From positions 101,618,001 to 101,682,000 of the forward strand of contig OZ024741.1 in assembly GCA_964016885.1 (NCBI GenBank): 64,000 nucleotides of DNA, written 5' to 3'. Below are positions 62,661 through 64,000 of the stretch, one piece after another. This DNA comes from Eledone cirrhosa (Eukaryota). Below the pieces are notes generated by a model that saw only the letters and a program-made list of their open reading frames with translations, was not told where the DNA came from and did not search any database. How positions within the stretch are numbered: the stretch's first letter is position 1; every line of letters starts with the position of its first letter. Position numbers and translations under genes: made by a program.

Positions 62661-63060
62661 TCAAGGTGGTTGGGTCATCGTAGGAATGTCAATCCAGTTA
62701 CAGAGCAGATGTGATTTCAGGTGAGGACAACATCTGAAGATCTCGGTCTTGGAGTTAAGGCAAGTTGAAGTGGCTTTCAAATTTTGTAGAATTCTAAATT
62801 TTTCAGTGGTACACAAAGAACAATTCTTTCTGCTCCTTTGGTATTCCCTCGAATGGTCTAAGATAGACCAATCGATAGAGTACGGGATGTTTTTATCTTT
62901 GAATTCCCACACCTTATTGGCGAGAGCCGTTGCTGTTCTTTTATCAGAGTGTTTTTGAAAGAGGCAACATGTGCATAAAACCTGGTTTGAAACCTGTCCT
63001 GAGTCATGCCAACATATCGTTCACTCCTGGCTGGCTGGTTGTTAATCAAAGGTGTCACTA
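62661..63060 (-). mobile_element. Penelope-like GIY-YIG endonuclease C-terminal fragment (Naiad-like, by inference)
   Basis: RYVGMTQDRFQTRFYAHVASFK, frameshift, then WEFKDKNIPYSIDWSIL...CSLCTTEKFRI...LNSKTEIFRCCPH. Confidence 0.75.
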
Positions 63061-63064
63061 CAAC

Positions 63065-63790
63065 GGATGTATGTGTGTATGTATGTATATCTTTATATAT
63101 AGGTTTTTTTATATATATGTTTTTTTATATATAAGTAAATTTTTTTATATATATATGTGTGTATGTGGTTGTATGTATTTTTTCTTATGCATATGTGTAC
63201 GTGATGTATTTATGTTTTTCGATATATATTCACCTACATTTATATATATGTTCCTATTCGTGTGATTGTGAGTATATGCATGTGTATTAATGTGTATGAA
63301 TGTGAATTGTATATGTGTGTATATGTGTGTGTGTATTTTTTTTATATATATGTGTGTGTATGTATATGTATGTGTGTATGTGTGTGTATATATGTATATG
63401 TATATATATAAATGTATGTATTTATGTGTGCGTATATATGTATTTGTATGTATACCCTTTTCTGTGTATATGTTTGTACTGTATATATTTATGTGTGTGT
63501 ATTTTTCTGTGTATGTGTGTATGAGTATGTGTATGCATGTATATATATATGTATATATATATATTTATTTTATCTTGTGCATTTGCTTATCACGTGTGTT
63601 TGTTTATTTATTTATTTTTTTATTTGTGCTTTTCTCCTCTTCTGTATCGTTGTCAACTAAATAATAATTTTTATTTCCTTAAGTCTTATTTTTTATTTTT
63701 ATATTTTTATTTGTATGTGACTGCCTAATTCAGTATGTTCATTGATTTTTATTTATTTTTATATGTGTGTGTGTATGTATGTGTGTATAT
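63065..63790 (-). repeat. Second arm of long inverted repeat (partner 57880-58790), followed by (TA)n/(TG)n to window end
   Basis: Reverse-complement homology as described for 57880-58790. Confidence 0.85.
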
Positions 63791-63896
63791 GTGTGTATGT
63801 ATGTGTGTGTATGTATGTCTGTATATGTATATATATCTATCTATATATATATATATACATATGTGTTTGTGTATGTATGTATATGTGTATGTATGG

Positions 63897-63988
<92 letters not shown>

Positions 63989-64000
63989 GTATATATATAT

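Overview
AT-rich, microsatellite-laden animal genomic DNA. The tandem C2H2 genes lacking a recognisable KRAB domain, the dense RTE LINEs with (GAT)n tails and the SINE set suggest a coleoid cephalopod (octopus-like); this is inference, not a database result. Host genes: two convergent paralogous C2H2 zinc-finger genes (19874-21325 +, 16 fingers; 32756-34123 -, 15 fingers) inside an old ~7-8 kb inverted segmental duplication, and two coding exons of an F-box gene (FBXO4-like) at ~47.2-49.3 kb. The rest is transposon debris: RTE LINEs (one near full length, 52955-56640 -), CR1/L2-group, R4/Dong, CRE, Penelope-like GIY-YIG fragments, a probable Gypsy relic, mariner/pogo/hAT/piggyBac-type MITEs, SINEs, a 44-copy 40-bp satellite and several minisatellites. 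The most interesting signal, invisible in the ORF track, is a set of type I hammerhead-ribozyme motifs with covarying stems and palindromic stem III. They sit in small non-coding elements inserted in (TA)n tracts: a terminally redundant ~325-340 bp retrozyme-like unit in two differently phased copies, and an inverted-repeat cassette carrying two ribozymes. There is also a ~200-bp fold-back capped by a perfect tRNA T-loop/B-box. Boundaries of decayed elements were read by eye and are approximate.
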